Source of the DNA: Mobula hypostoma
Lineage: Eukaryota
DNA: 64,000 nt
Reading direction: 5' to 3'
Assembly (NCBI RefSeq): GCF_963921235.1
Contig: NC_086097.1
Span: forward strand, 145,888,001-145,952,000
The notes beneath the pieces are model-generated. The model saw nothing but the letters and a program-made list of their open reading frames with translations. It had not been told where the DNA came from and searched no databases. Each line of letters opens with the position of its first letter. Positions within the stretch are counted from its first letter, which is position 1. Both the position numbers and the translations under genes were made by a program. Of the stretch, positions 26,831-39,705 are shown piece by piece.

Positions 26831-27379
26831 GAAATAGGATATGAAGGAATTGGAAAGGAAATGGAAACTGAAAAGAACAGAGGGTTTTGGGAAAGGGGTC
26901 ACTGTGAGAGGATGATCACGAGGGAGTAAAGAAACTAAAGGAAGGAAAGAAATTAAAGGATGAAAGAATCAGTGCTTAGGTAAAAGAATATTGTGGTGTC
27001 AATAGCAAAAAGGGATAGTGACTGGTGAGGCATGTCTCTCTAAGGATAATAATTCAAGGAAGAAGGACCCTTGGAGAGATGAGCACACTGAATGATTATT
27101 TTGAGCAGTAAAGAGTTGGCAGCCAGAAGTGAATAGCATCCAGGTATAGAATTGGAAGGGAGTGTGAAAGGGATAAAATCCAGAGTACGATTGGGAAGTA
27201 GGGCTGAGACTCTGCTGAGTGGGTAAGGGTTTTTGGGAGCTGAGCTTGTTGAGAATTGAAATAAATGAGAGCTACATTTTTTATGATTTGAAGAGAAGGC
27301 CTTCATATTTCATTTTCTAAATTATGCTCACCTGCGTGGAGCCAGATACTATCATAGGATATTACATTCAAGCTGAAAT

Positions 27380-27920
27380 GATCAGAATCAGAATCACCGG
27401 CAGAGATCGTGAAATTCATTAACTTTCAGGTTTCTGTACCTCCTTCCTGATGGTAACAATGACAAGAGGGCATGGCCTGGTTGGTGGGTCCTTAATGATG
27501 GACGCTGCCTTTTTGAGGCACTGCTCCTTGAAGATGTCTTGGATACTATGGAGGCTAGTGCTCATGATGGAGCTGACTAATTTTACAACTCTCTGCAGCT
27601 TACTTTGATCCTATGCAGTAGCCACCCATACCAGATGGTGATGCAGTCAGTTAGAATGCTCTCCACTGTGCATCTGAAGAAATTCGCGAGTGTTTTAGGT
27701 GATGTACCAACTCTCCTCAAATTCCTAATGAAAAATAGCCACTGTCTTGCCTTCTTTATAGTTGCATTGATATAATGGGACCAGGTTAGGTCCTCAGACA
27801 TATTAACACCCAGGAACTTGAAACTGCTCACTCTCTCCATTTCTGATCCCTCTATGAGGACTGGTGTGTGTTCTCTTGTCTTACCCTTTCTGAAGTCTAC
27901 AATCAGCTCTTTGTTCTTCA
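27380..27920 (-). mobile_element. Rex1-type LINE 3' part
   Basis: ERVSSFKFLGVNMSEDLTW..KKARQWLFFIR; (TCAGAA)n tail. Confidence 0.85.
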
Positions 27921-28304
27921 GTCTATTAAGTTTATAATGCCATCTTCATGAACAATTCCATCAGATCTTTTCTATATTTCCAATGTACTTGATCCCCATA
28001 TAATAGCATTGGGGTTTGCATTTCAAGAAAATGGTCAGTATCACAGTTTTCTGTGATGCAAAGTATATGTCAAAACTGAGATGAGAAAGTAAAGATATTT
28101 TGTTTATTTATTTGCTTTTCTTCATGTAGATCTTATAGAGTATATATCATTCTGTTTTTCAGATGTCTGGGTCACGATTTGTGAATTACCTAAGAGTGAA
28201 TTTCCATTTCCCGAAAAGCCATGAACAAGGAGTTCACCAGTATTTTATTGATCACTAATTTCCAAAACGTTTATTTTATTATTGACCAGAATCCTCAAGT
28301 TCTA

Positions 28305-29160
28305 AAAACCAACAACCTGTCTCTGAATGTGAACAAAACAGAAAAGATGGTTGTTGACTTCAGGAGGACACGGAGTGACCACTCTCCGCTGAACATCGAC
28401 GACTCCTCTGTAGAGATTGCTAAGAGCACCAAATTTCTTGATGTTCACCTGGCGGAGAATCTCACCTGGTCCCTCAACACCAGCTCCATAGCAAAGAAAG
28501 CCCAGCAGCATCTCTACTTTCTGCGAAGGCTGAGAAAAGTCCATCTCCCACCCCCATCCTCACCATCTTCTACAGCGGTTGTATTGAGAGCATCCTGAAC
28601 AGCTGCATCACTGCCTGGTTCGGAAATTGCACCATCTCAGATTGCAAGACCCTGCAACGGATAGTGAGGTCAGCTGAGAAGATCATCGGGGTCTCTCTTC
28701 CCGCCATTACAGACATTTACACCACATGCTGCATCCACAAAGCAAACAGCATTATGAAGGACCCCACGCACCCCTCATATAAACTCTTCTCCCTCCTGCC
28801 ATCTGACAACAGGCACTGAAATATCTGTGCTTTCATGACTAGACTATGTACAAATTTCTTCCTTCCCCCAAGCCATCAGACTCCTCAATACCCAGAGCCT
28901 GGACTGGCACCAACCTACTGCCCTCTACTGTGCCTATTGTTTTGTATATTATTTATTGTAATGCCTGCACTGTTTTGTGTGCTTTATGCAGTCCTGGATA
29001 GGTCTGTAGTCTAGTGTAGTTTTGTGTTGTTTTACGTAGTTCAGTGTAGTTTTTGTATTGTTCATGTAGCACCGTGGTCCTGAAAAACGTTGTCTTGTTT
29101 TTACTGTGTACTGTACCGGCAGTTATGGTCGAAATGACAATAAAAAGTGACTGGACTTGG
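28305..29160 (+). mobile_element. Rex1-type LINE 3' part (distinct subfamily)
   Basis: NNLSLNVNKTEKMVVDFRR..KKAQQHLYFLRRL; 3' end CAATAAAAAGTGACTGGACTTG. Confidence 0.88.
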
Positions 29161-29255
29161 CAATCGCCATTGATTGGTAAAGTTTCAGTTGCTCCCTGTT
29201 ACCTTGTCACTTTGTCCATATGTGGGTGATGTTGTTGCATATCAGCAGGCTTTTT

Positions 29256-30385
29256 GTCATAGTCATAGTCATAGTCATAGTCATACTTTATTGATCCCGA
29301 GGGAAATTGATTTTCGTTACAGTTGCACCATAAATAATTAAGTAGTAATAAAACCATAAATAATTAAATAGTAATATGTAAATTATGCCAGGAAATAAGC
29401 CCAGGACCAGCCTATTGGCTCAGGGTGTCTGACCCTCCAAGGGAGGAGTTGTAAAGTTTGATGGCCACAGGCAGGAATGACTTCCTATGTCGCTCAGTGT
29501 TGCATCTCGGTGGAATGAGTCTCTGGCTGAACGTACTCCTGTGCCCACCCAGTACATTATGTAGTGGATGGGAGACATTGTCCAAGATGGCATGCAACTT
29601 GGACAGCATCCTCTTTTCAGACACCACCGTCAGAGAGTCCAGTTCCATCCCCACAACATCACTGGCCTTACGAATGAGTTTGTTGATTCTGTTGGTGTCT
29701 GCCACCCTCAGCCTGCTGCCCCAGCACACAACAGCAAACATGATAGCACTGGCCACCACCGACTCGTAGAACATCCTCAGCATCGTCTGACAGATGTTAA
29801 AGAACCTCAGTCTCCTCAGGAAATGTAGTTGGCTCTGACCCTTCTTGTAGACTGCCTCAGTGTTCTTTAACCAGTCCAGTTTATTGTCAATTCGTATCCC
29901 CAGGTATTTGTAATCATCCACCATGTCCACACTGACCCCCTGGATGGAAACAGGGGTCACCGGCGCCTTAGCCCTCCTCAGGTCTACCACCAGCTCCTTA
30001 GTCTTTTTCACTTTAAGCTGCAGATAATTCTGCTCACACCATGTGACAAAGTTTCCTACCGTAGCCCTGTACTCAGCCTCATACTGTGGTCTGCCAGTCA
30101 GGTAATCAAGAACCCATGACACCAGGAAAACATCCACCTGCATCGCTGTCAGTTTCTTCCCCAGCAGAGCAGGGTGGATGGTGTTGAACGCACCGGAGAA
30201 GTCAAAAAACATGACCCTCACAGTGCTCGCTGTCTTGTCCAGGTGGGCGTAGACACGGTTCAGCAGGTAGATGATGGCATCCTCAACTCCTAGTCGGGGC
30301 TGGTAGATGAACTGGAGGGGATCTAAGTGTGGCCTAACCATAGGCCAGAGCAGCTCCAGAACAAGTCTCTCCAGGGTCTTCATGC
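29256..30385 (-). mobile_element. Young Rex1/Babar LINE with an in-frame internal deletion (ORF 29412-30404)
   Basis: MKTLERL, FFDFSGAFNTI, then PQY joined directly to EAEYR; (CTATGA)n tail. Confidence 0.92.
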
Positions 30386-30519
30386 CCGACTCAGTTAACA
30401 TCACATGTAGTGATAGACAAAATGCTGCTTAGGAGATAGAAGTATGATTGTTTGAAGCCACTAAACTTTCTCTACATGCAGCATACATCAGAAATTTGCA
30501 CCATAATTCTCTCTCTGCC

Positions 30520-30766
30520 ACATCCCTATTGTCAGTAGGGAGGGAGGGAACGTCAACTCAGACCATGAGAGGCCTGTGTCAGGCATTTTCATGCCTTACA
30601 AGGCGCAGATTGGAAGTCTGTGTGGGGCGCCACTCCTCGCACAGACTAGAGCAATGTGTGATTAAGTGCCTTGCTCAAGGGTATAAACACGCTGCCACAG
30701 CTGAGGCTTGAACTAGCAACCTTGGAATAACTAGACGAACGCCTTAACCACTTGGCCACGTGCCCA
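30520..30766 (-). mobile_element. tRNA-derived SINE (CORE-like)
   Basis: Minus strand GGGCACGTGGCCAAGTGGTTAAGGCG..AGTTCAAGCC (A and B boxes) followed by CTTGAGCAAGGCACTTAATC. Confidence 0.75.
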
Positions 30767-31079
30767 CTGAACATGTAATAGGTGACAAACCTATTAAAAT
30801 AGATGGAAACAGAAAATGATAGAAACAGTAAACATATCAGGCAGCTAAGAAGAACAGAATTAACGTCTCAGTTTGAAGATGCTTTATTAGAACTGACAGG
30901 AAAAGAAAAGGAAGTGAATTCAGACTGAGTTATTGCTTTGCAGATCATCTTCATTCAGACCACAGGGGTGATCCTGATCTTAGAGTTATCTGTCAAGTTA
31001 ATTTTCCATCCCATTCTCACTCTAAGCTTTCTGTTTGTGATCTCTTGCAGTATAATAGGATGGAGATTAATCTTAATTC

Positions 31080-32285
31080 AGATAAATGCAAGGAGTTGCT
31101 TTTTAGTAAGAAAAACCAGGGCAGGGCCTACACAGTAGATGGTAGGGCTCTCAGGACTGTTGTGGTAGTAGGTACCTTAGGATGCAGATAGTCATAGTCA
31201 TAGTCATACTTTATTGATCCCAGGGGAAATTGGTTTTCATTACAGTTGCACCATAAATAATAAATAGTAATAAAACCATAAATAGTTAAATAGTAATATG
31301 TAAATTATGCCAGTAAATTATGAATTAAATCCAGGACCAGCCTATTGGCTCAGGGTGTCTGACCCTCCAAGGGAGGAGTTGTAAAGTTTGATGGCCACAG
31401 GCAGGAATGACTTCCTATGACGCTCAGTGCTGCATCTCGGTGGAATGAGTCTCTGGCTGAATGTACTCCTGTGCCCACCCAGTACATTATGTAGTGGATG
31501 GGAGACATTGTCCAAGATGGCATGCAACTTAGACAGTACCCTCTTTTCAGACACCACCGTCAGAGAGTCCAGTTCCATCCCCACAACATCACTGGCCTTA
31601 CCAATGAGTTTGTTGATTCTGTTGGTGTCTGCTACCCTCAGCCTGCTGCCCCAGCACACAACAGCAAACATGATCGCACTGGCCACCACAGACTCGTAGA
31701 ACATCCTCAGCATCGCCATTCCTTGAAAGTGGAGACATATGTAGGTAGAAGGGTGGTGAAGAAAGAGTTAGGTATGCTGGCCATCGTCAGTCAGGAAATT
31801 CAGTACAGGAGTTGAGATATCTTGTCACACCTGTAAAAGACATCGGTAACCCACATATGCAGTAATATGTACAGTTTGTCTCTCTGCCATAGGAAGGGGA
31901 TAAGTTATAAGGGTAGGCTGGATAGGCTGGTATAGAACATAGGAAGCTGAGTGGTGACCTCGTAGAGCTTTATAAAATCATTAATGAGAAAGATGAAGTG
32001 AATAGCCACAGTCTTTTTCCCAGGATATAGGAGTTTACCATAGAGGGCGTAGGTTAAAAATGAGAGGAGTATGATTTATATGGGAGCTGAGGTACATATT
32101 TGCAAAGTGTTCGAGGACGTGAAGAGGTGGGTATAATTATGATATTGAAAAGATATTTTGACGGATACGTGGTTAGGAAAAGTTCAACGGGAAACAGGCA
32201 ATGGGATTAACCCTCAATTAGGCAACTTGGTCGGGGGGTGAGTTGATCTGAAGGGCCTGGTACCATGCTGTATAGCTCTATGGCT
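31080..32285 (+). mobile_element. Old CR1 3' part interrupted by a Rex1 copy
   Basis: AACCAGGGCAGGGCCTACACAGTAGATGGTAGG and TCCTTGAAAGTGGAGACA are colinear with the CR1 at 11700-12480. Confidence 0.7.
31188..31716 (-). mobile_element. Young Rex1/Babar 3' stub
   Basis: Near-identical to the 3' parts of the 9072 and 29256 copies; (CTATGA)n tail. Confidence 0.92.
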
Positions 32286-32354
32286 CCAGCTCTGTGACTA
32301 TCCGAAACTTGAAATGAAATTCTGCAGCTTCTACAAACTGTACCACTCACTGTC

Positions 32355-33500
32355 ATAGGCCTGGTCATATCAATCTGTGGGCACTTGCATTGGTCCCAGC
32401 TATGGCTTATCTTTTTGTTGGCTACAGAGAACAGTCCATGTTCCAAGCCTACACCGGCATCACTCCTCAACTCTTCCTGTGCTACATTAACAATTACTTT
32501 GGTGCTGCTTCCTGCACCCACTTTGAGCTCATCAATTTCATCAACTTTGCCTCCAACTTACTGTACATCCTGCCCTCAAATTTATTTGGTCCATTTCTGA
32601 CACCTCTCTTCCCTTTTTTGAACTCTCTGTCTCCATCTCAGGAGACGGTCTATCTACTGATATATTTTATAAACCCAGACTCTCACAGCTAACTGGGCTA
32701 TACCTCTTCCCACCCTTCACTTGTAAAAATGATATCCCCTTCTCTCAGTTTCTCCATCTCCACTGCATCTGCTCTCAGGATGGGGCTTTTCATTCCAGAG
32801 TAACTTCTTCAAAGAAAAGGGCTTCTCTTCCTCCACCACTGATGCTGCCTTCGTCCAGATCTCTCCCATTTCACGCACACCAGCCCTTACCCCATCCTCC
32901 CACCACCAAAGCAGGGACAGAGTTCCACTTGACTTCGCCTACCACCCTGCTAGCCTTCGCATGCAGCACATAATTCTCTGTAGCTTGCGCCATCTCCAAT
33001 GGGATCCCACCACCAAACACATCTTTCCCTCCTTCTGACTTTCCACTTTCCACAGGGATTGCTTCCTACATGACTCCCTTGTCCAATAGTCCTTCCCCAT
33101 TGACCTCCCATCTGGTATTCATCCTTGTAAGTAGAACAAATGCCACAACTGTCCCTACTGTTCAGGACCTTCCCTCACTAACAACCTGCAAATCAGCTGG
33201 GGTCATCTACATATCGGGTCCTCGCAGTGTGGTCTCCTGTATATTGGTGAGACCCAAAGTAGATTGGGAAACCTCTTTGTCGAGCACCTTTGCTACGTCC
33301 GTAACAAAAAGTGGGATTTCCTGGTGGCCACCCATTACAATTCTTCTTCCCATTCCCATTCTGACATGTCAGTCCATGGCCTCCTCTACTGTCACAATGA
33401 GGCCACACTCAGGTTGGAGGAGCAACACCTTATATTCCATCTGGGTAGCTTCCAAACAGATAGCATGAACATCAATCTCTTGAAACACCGAGTAATCACT
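32355..33500 (+). mobile_element. Penelope-like element: decayed RT C-terminus plus GIY-YIG endonuclease
   Basis: YLFVGY, CGLLYIGET-type motif near 33228, LFVEHLCYV, LEEQHLIFHLG..MNI. Confidence 0.85.
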
Positions 33501-34060
33501 TGAAGTATTGTGAGCAGTTTTGGACCACCTATCTTAGAAAGGATGTGCTAAAACTGTAGAAGATTCAAAGGAGATTCATGAAAATGTTTCCAGGATTGAA
33601 TGGCTTGTCATATGAAGAGCGTTTGATGGCCCTGGGCCTGCGTTTGCTGGAATTCAGAAGAATGAGGGGTGATCTCATTGAAATCTATTGAATGGTGAAG
33701 GTCCTTGATACAGTGTATGTGGAGAGGATGTTACCTATGGTGGGAGAGTCTAAGACCAGACAGCACAGTCTTAGAATAGAGAGGTGTCCTTTTAGAATGG
33801 AGATGAGGAGGAATTTCTTTAGCCAGAGACTGGTGAATCTGTGGAATTCTTTGCCACAGGCAGCTGTGGAGCCAAGTATTTATGCATATTTAAGGCAGAG
33901 GTTGATAGATTCTTGATTGGTTAAGGCATGAAGGGATACAGGGAGAAGGAAGGAGATTGGGGCTGAGAGGAACATTGAATTGGCCATGATGAAATGGTGG
34001 AGAAGACTCGATGGGTCAAATGGCCTAATTCATTCTCCTATATCTTAAGGTCTTATGGTG
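33500..34060 (+). mobile_element. CR1 3' fragment
   Basis: MRRNFFSQRLVNLWNSLPQ; tail TCTTAAGGTCTTATGG. Confidence 0.85.
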
Positions 34061-34559
34061 TTAAATATTGGAGGTTTCTGAACAATTGCATTGGGAATTA
34101 AGTTGGAAATAGAGGCAATGTGGAAGAAAATTCACATTTCCTTAAAAATATGGCCTTGAGTCATTATACCTGGTACTCTTGGGTTTCTGTTGTGGTTGTA
34201 GTTTTAACTGAGTAAATTTAACTGTATTTTAAACACTGTTAGTTGTATGAATAAACAGATAGCTGTCACACCTTTTAGGTTACTCGGTGTAATTAGTAGT
34301 AATCCAAATTCAGGTTCCAGGTCAATGGGTTGCTCCTCTTTCAATTTATAACAATGGTGCGTAACAACAGCTGTATGATATCTGGTACCTGATGCTAATT
34401 GTGATGTGTAGTGACTGTTGTACCATGAGTGGAGTGTGAAATCGAGGGTTTGATGCCTGAAATGTGATGTCTCGGAGTACCATCTAGTTCTACGACATCT
34501 CAGAATGCCATCTGGTTTATTATGTGCAGCATGTTGCACGTGTTGTGTTGTAATATGTA

Positions 34560-35234
34560 TGTAGCCCCTTGGTAAGCCTCAGGCTCGCTCAGCTCGCTTT
34601 CATCTGGGGGAAGCAGCCTTCGGCCCCGCCAGACTGGGTAATCAAGTTTGTGTGGATGCTGTGTGATGTACCCCACCCCGCCAAATAACAGACAATATAC
34701 CAGATACGATTAAATGATTACACTTTATAGATCTTACTGGAGCTATGTAATTAATAGAGATAAAATATAAAAGGAAAGTAAAAGACGCCAAACTTCGTGC
34801 ACACAGTTGGAGCTCAATTAATGGAGTCTTCTTTCCACCATTCAAACCCCTCCGACCTCCTCGACCACTGCCTGGGACCAACCATGGTGGTCGACCAGAC
34901 ACTCCATACTAGTCTGTCTTCGTCTCCTCTCCTCGCCAAAGACCTTGGGTCTCAGACTCCCGCTCGGGGTCCGTCCCACTGCCCAGCTTACAGCATCGCG
35001 TCTCCTCTCTCTGTCCCCATCGCCGTCTGCCCCCAAGCCCGCGAAACAATAGCTTACAGACACACAAGAAAGAATAACATCTATCCCAATTGGTTAAAAA
35101 AGTGAATACAATTCTGTTATCAGTAATATGACCCAAACAAGCTGCGAAAGAGAAGCACTTTCTCAGCAGTTAACATAACAAAGAATCCATTTTCATTAGC
35201 CTTGGCAGTAACATAACAGAAGAAACCCCTTACA
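34560..35234 (-). mobile_element. Solo LTR (Gypsy class)
   Basis: TGTA..TACA termini with a 4 bp TSD TGTA at 34556-34559 and 35235-35238; CpG-rich interior. Confidence 0.8.
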
Positions 35235-35291
35235 TGTATGTGATATCTATTCCATTAAATCTGGGGCTTGACACCTTAACATTTAAACTTA

Positions 35292-35804
35292 CACTCAGTG
35301 GCCAATTTTTAGGAACTTTCTAGTGTGTGTTTGTGGTCTTCAGCTGCTGTGGTCCATCTGCTTGAACATTCAACATATTGTGCACCGGGAGGTGCTTTTC
35401 TGCACACCACTATTGTAACATGGGGTTATTTTAGTTACTGTCTCCTTCCTGTCAATTTGAACCAGTCTGGCCATTCTTTTCTCATTAACAAGGTGTTTTG
35501 TCCACAGAACTGCTGCTCAGTGGATCCTTTTTGTTTTTCCACTACTCTCTGTAAAAATCCCAGGAGATCAGTAGTTTTTGAGGTAGTCAAACTGCCCCGT
35601 CTGGCACCAACAATCATTCCGTGATCATAGTCACTTAGATCACATTTCTTCCCCTTTGTGATGTTTGTTCTGAGCAACAAGTGAACATCTTGAACATGTC
35701 TGCATGCTTTTATGCATTGCATTGCTACCACATGATCGGCTGATTAGATATTTGCATTATCAAGCAGATGTATGGGTGTACCTAATAAAGTGTGCCACTG
35801 AATG
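35292..35804 (-). mobile_element. Non-autonomous Tc1 element (transposase N-terminal HTH remnant)
   Basis: TIRs CACTCAGTGGCCA.. / ..TGCCACTGAATG flanked by TA; KKCDLSDYDHGMIVGARRG. Confidence 0.88.
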
Positions 35805-38193
35805 TATGTACTTAAGATAATAGCAATTGCATTATTTACTGCATATACCTTCTCACTGAAAGGATGGAGAATTGGTAGGGTATAGTTATGATAGTAAGAA
35901 ATTCCACCCCACCCCCACCATAGCACAGGTGTATATAACCAGAGAGTATGGGTTTAAGGTAAGGGTTTGGAGATTAGAAGGAATGAGGAAGAAAGTGGTT
36001 GAAATCTGGAACATAGACTAAGGGTGTGAAGAAGGCAGATACACACTCAATATTTAAAAAGTATTTAAAGTAGATGAGTATTTGTCACCCTAGCCTAGAA
36101 GGCTATAGACCAAGAGCTATTGATAGCTGGAACAGACACCTTGACCCAAAAACTGTTTCTGTGATATCTGACTCTTTGACTGTCAACGTGCAAATTTAAT
36201 GTTTGCATTCTTCCCAGAAAGAAAATTCATAAATCATTTAAGAATGAAAGAACAATAATTAAACATGTTGTATAAATGTAGACTAAACGAAATTATTTAA
36301 CATGATACAAGAAACAGTAAGTACCAAAGTGATAGTATAGTCAATTGTGTGAGAAAGATATTTCATTGGAATTGCATTCTATCAAATTTTTCAGAACTTT
36401 TGATGTGCTATAGTGAACTGTGGGCATGCCATCATTACAGTAGTAGTCGCCAGTTTCCACATAGTTTACATTTTAATTATTTGGTATTTTATTAATTGAT
36501 TTATTTTCTGAATGCTATTGTGATGAGTAATTATTCCTTTCCCCTTGTGCATGAGTGTAACTTTCTTGCTCCCTATAGAGGGCAGTTAGGAATTAGGACT
36601 CACAAGTGGGGAAAGTATTCCTTAGCTACATTTTTTGGTAACAGATTGAATTTATTGTATAGTAACAGCCTTATAAACAGCTTTTGCTTGTGTTTTTGTT
36701 GTATATAAGTATTCTTCCTCTATTGCCTTCATAACACATAAATTAATTGTTATCTGACTGTCCCGTAACTAACTGCATTGCAGGATAGTTCTACAATCGC
36801 TTACTTACCACCCTGATCAGTATTCTGCCATTATTTTTGCTCTTTCTCATACAATCAGGCATAGGGATCTATCAGTGTTACAAAAAATTATTTTAATGTT
36901 CTTTTTACTCGCTTTCCTCATATCACAGATGTAGTTCTTGGAACCAGCATTGGTACAAGCTTTTGTGGGATATGCTATGTGATTCTTGCTTCAGTCATGG
37001 GCTCAGTGCCGATCCCTCGGACCTCATTTTCTGGTACAATGATGGTGCTCTTTACTGCTAGCGTATAAAACTTAAAAATGATATCATATTTCTTGGAAAT
37101 ATCCACCCCACACTCATTTTAAAGTCCATCTCTGAATTTTCACTTTTCATCCTTGACTATTCTAACTCCATCTCGAGGGACTGGTTAAAAGCCAAAAATT
37201 CTCACAGCTGCAATGACGACATTTTCATCCACCCTATTTCATGTGAGGATTCAAGTCCATTCTCCCAGTTTCTTTGCCTCTATTAGTAACTGGTCTGATG
37301 ACAACACCTTCCACACCAATGCCTCTGAGAATTTAGTTTCCCCTCCTTCATAGTTCACAACACCTAAGCCACGTCTTGTCCATTTCCTGCACTGTTCTCA
37401 TCGCCTCCCCTCTCATCCCAGAGCAAGATAACTGTTCCTCTTGTCTTCAACTTCCAAACCACCAGAATACATATTCAATGGATCCTCCACTGTTATTTAT
37501 TCCATTTTCAATATGATGCCACCATTAGATATTCCTCTCCCCTGTCCTTCCAGCATTCCAATCAAAGTCAAAGTCAAAGTAAGTCAAAGTTAATTTAAGT
37601 TCAAGGTATATATATGTCACCATATACTACCTTGAGATTTATTTTCTTACAGAAAGGTAAAGAAATACAATAGAATTTATGAAAACTATACATAAACAAA
37701 GACTGACAAGCAACCAATGTGCACAAGAAGACAAATTATGCAAATAAAAAACAAATAAATACAGAGAATGTGATTTGAGGAGTCCTTGAATGTGAGTCTG
37801 TAGGTGTGGAATCAGTTCAGTGTTGAGGTGAGTGAACTTAAGCATGCTGGTTCAGGAGTCTGATGGCTATAGGGTAATATGTAATTTCTAAGGTATGGAC
37901 ATGTTCGGCACAGCTTTGTGGGCCGAAGGGTCTGTATTATGCTGTAGGTTTTCTATGTTTCTATGTTTCTAATAACTGTTCCTACAACTGGTGGCGTGGG
38001 ACCTAAGGCTCCTGTACCTTCTGCCCAGTGGTAGCAACGAGAAGCGAGCATGACCTGGCTGGTGGGGGGTGGGGGGTGTTGTTGTTGTTGTTGTTGAAGA
38101 TGGACCCTGCTTTATTGTGGCAGTGCTCCGGGTAAATGTACTCAATGATGGGGAGGGCTTTGCTTGTGAAGGACTGAGCTGTATCCACTACTT

Positions 38194-38755
38194 GGAAGTT
38201 AGGTTGATCACCGAGCGTGGCAAAATGTTTGCAGACATTTCAGCTCCAATCAAGAAGCCATCATCAGTGCACAGTTGAGGGTGTTGTCTCCTCAGAATGC
38301 CGGCTTGTATTCTCCTCTGGGGTCTGAATGGATATTGATTAGACGTTGTGATCTGGTTGACTGGTTCAAAGCACTGAACTGTGTAGCAGTGGAAGATTCT
38401 GATTGGCTGGCTCGAGGGAGGTCTGTTGGAAGTGGTTACTTCATTGTCCAGATCCTGAAATTTGTGGTGATTTGTTGATTGTTGACATCGCTGTTTCTCT
38501 TTTCTCCATAAGGGTTCACATACCGGGTTTCTGTCGATGTGCTTGTTTGATGAGTCTTTCTGTAGAGAACCAAGCTTCAAGCAATTCTTGTTCTTCTCTT
38601 GTTCTTGCTTAAGTCGAGTCTCTGGCTGTTATCCAGTTGAAACGGTGTTCCTTCTTCATCTTCATGAGCCGATACTAGCAAGAGTGGGTCGTGCCTTCTG
38701 CTCACTAGCTGATGCTCGTGTGGCCTGGTCAATAGTTTTCTTCCTGTTTGACCAA
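38194..38755 (-). mobile_element. Second Penelope family (Poseidon-like): GIY-YIG 3' fragment plus terminal repeat
   Basis: IGQTGRKLLTRPHEHQL..HEDEEG..ELLEAWFS..NKHID across frameshifts; TSD TGTATCCACTACTT at 38180-38193 and 38756-38769. Confidence 0.85.
38230..38271 (-). ncRNA. Minimal type-I hammerhead ribozyme motif
   Basis: UGCA-CUGAUGA-U-GGCUUC-UUGAUU-GGAGCU-GAAA-UG-UC-UGCA: stem I 4 bp, stem II 6 bp, intact core, GUC cleavage triplet. Confidence 0.75.
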
Positions 38756-39285
38756 TGTATCCACTACTTTCATTAGACTGTTCCATTCCTGGGCGTTGGT
38801 GTTTCCATACCAAGCCATGATGTATACTCCCCATTGTGCACCTAAGAAGTTCTAATGTAACCTTTCTGCCTCTGACTCCTTGATTCATTCTTCCAGCATG
38901 TCCCAATGCCCAATCCTCTTCCTGTGCAAACACAGGAGATGCAATACATGTGCTTTCATTATTTCCCTCTCAATACAAGATCCCAATCTGCAATTCATGT
39001 GCATTTCCTCCCATCCTATTCTTTGTTCAATGGATTGTTGACTGGCTTTCAGTTTTCAAAGGAAATCCTATGCTCCCACATGCCTGTAATTTTAATTTTC
39101 CATCCTACTCTCACCATATCCTCCGTTTTTGGTCTTTTATACCATTCCGGTGAAGCCTAACACACACTTGAAGAACATCATCTTGTCTTCTAAGTAGGAA
39201 CTCAACATTGAATTCAATATTCAGATATCTAGACTTTACAGTTTATATCATAACTGGGCATATCTGATTAAAAGTGATGAATTTA

Positions 39286-39373
39286 CAGTATTGTGCAAAA
39301 TCCTTACATACACACACACACACACACGCACACACACACACACACACTCACACACACACACACACATACATAC

Positions 39374-39407
<34 letters not shown>

Positions 39408-39440
39408 CGCTAAGGAACCCAAGACTTTTGTACAGTACTA
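39286..39440. mobile_element. Tc1-type MITE with a central compound microsatellite
   Basis: TA-CAGTATTGTGCAAAA..(CA)n(TA)n(GA)n..CTTTTGTACAGTACTA. Confidence 0.7.
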
Positions 39441-39637
39441 TTGCAATTTTATGTATTACACTGTACTGCTGCAAAAAAAACCATATGTGTGTCTGCACCT
39501 TTGCCACTACCCGCCCCGGCACTCTTTCTCTGCTACCTACCCCACACCCCTCTCGGGCAGCTCCAACTTCACCATTCCCAACATCCTTTGCTCCCACCAG
39601 CTTTACAAACTCACACCCTGCTCAACATTGATGAATA

Positions 39638-39705
39638 CAGTACTGTGCAAAAGTTGTAGACACTCTAGCTATATGTATGTGCCCCTAAGACTTTGCATAG
39701 TGCTG
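39638..39705. mobile_element. Tc1-type MITE (68 bp)
   Basis: TA-CAGTACTGTGCAAAAG..CTTTGCATAGTGCTG inverted termini. Confidence 0.7.

Larger units (their letters stand above)
37562..38860 (-). mobile_element. Rex1-type LINE 3' part containing a CR1 stub (about 37885-37970) and a Penelope insert
   Basis: MDTAQSFTSKALPIIEYIY; (TCAAAG)n tail at 37562-37590. Confidence 0.75.
36900..39245 (+). mobile_element. Very old Penelope-like element (pieces 36900-37560 and 38865-39245) split by a Rex1 insertion
   Basis: Weak colinearity with 32355-33500 (GxAMGT region, TCCATTCTCCCAGTTTC, GAAGAACATCATCTTGTCTTC). Confidence 0.5.

Noticed and set aside
36926..37060. Apparent splice acceptor and exon (TTTCCTCATATCACAG|ATG)
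   Set aside because: The downstream sequence aligns with decayed Penelope RT (GxAMGT region)
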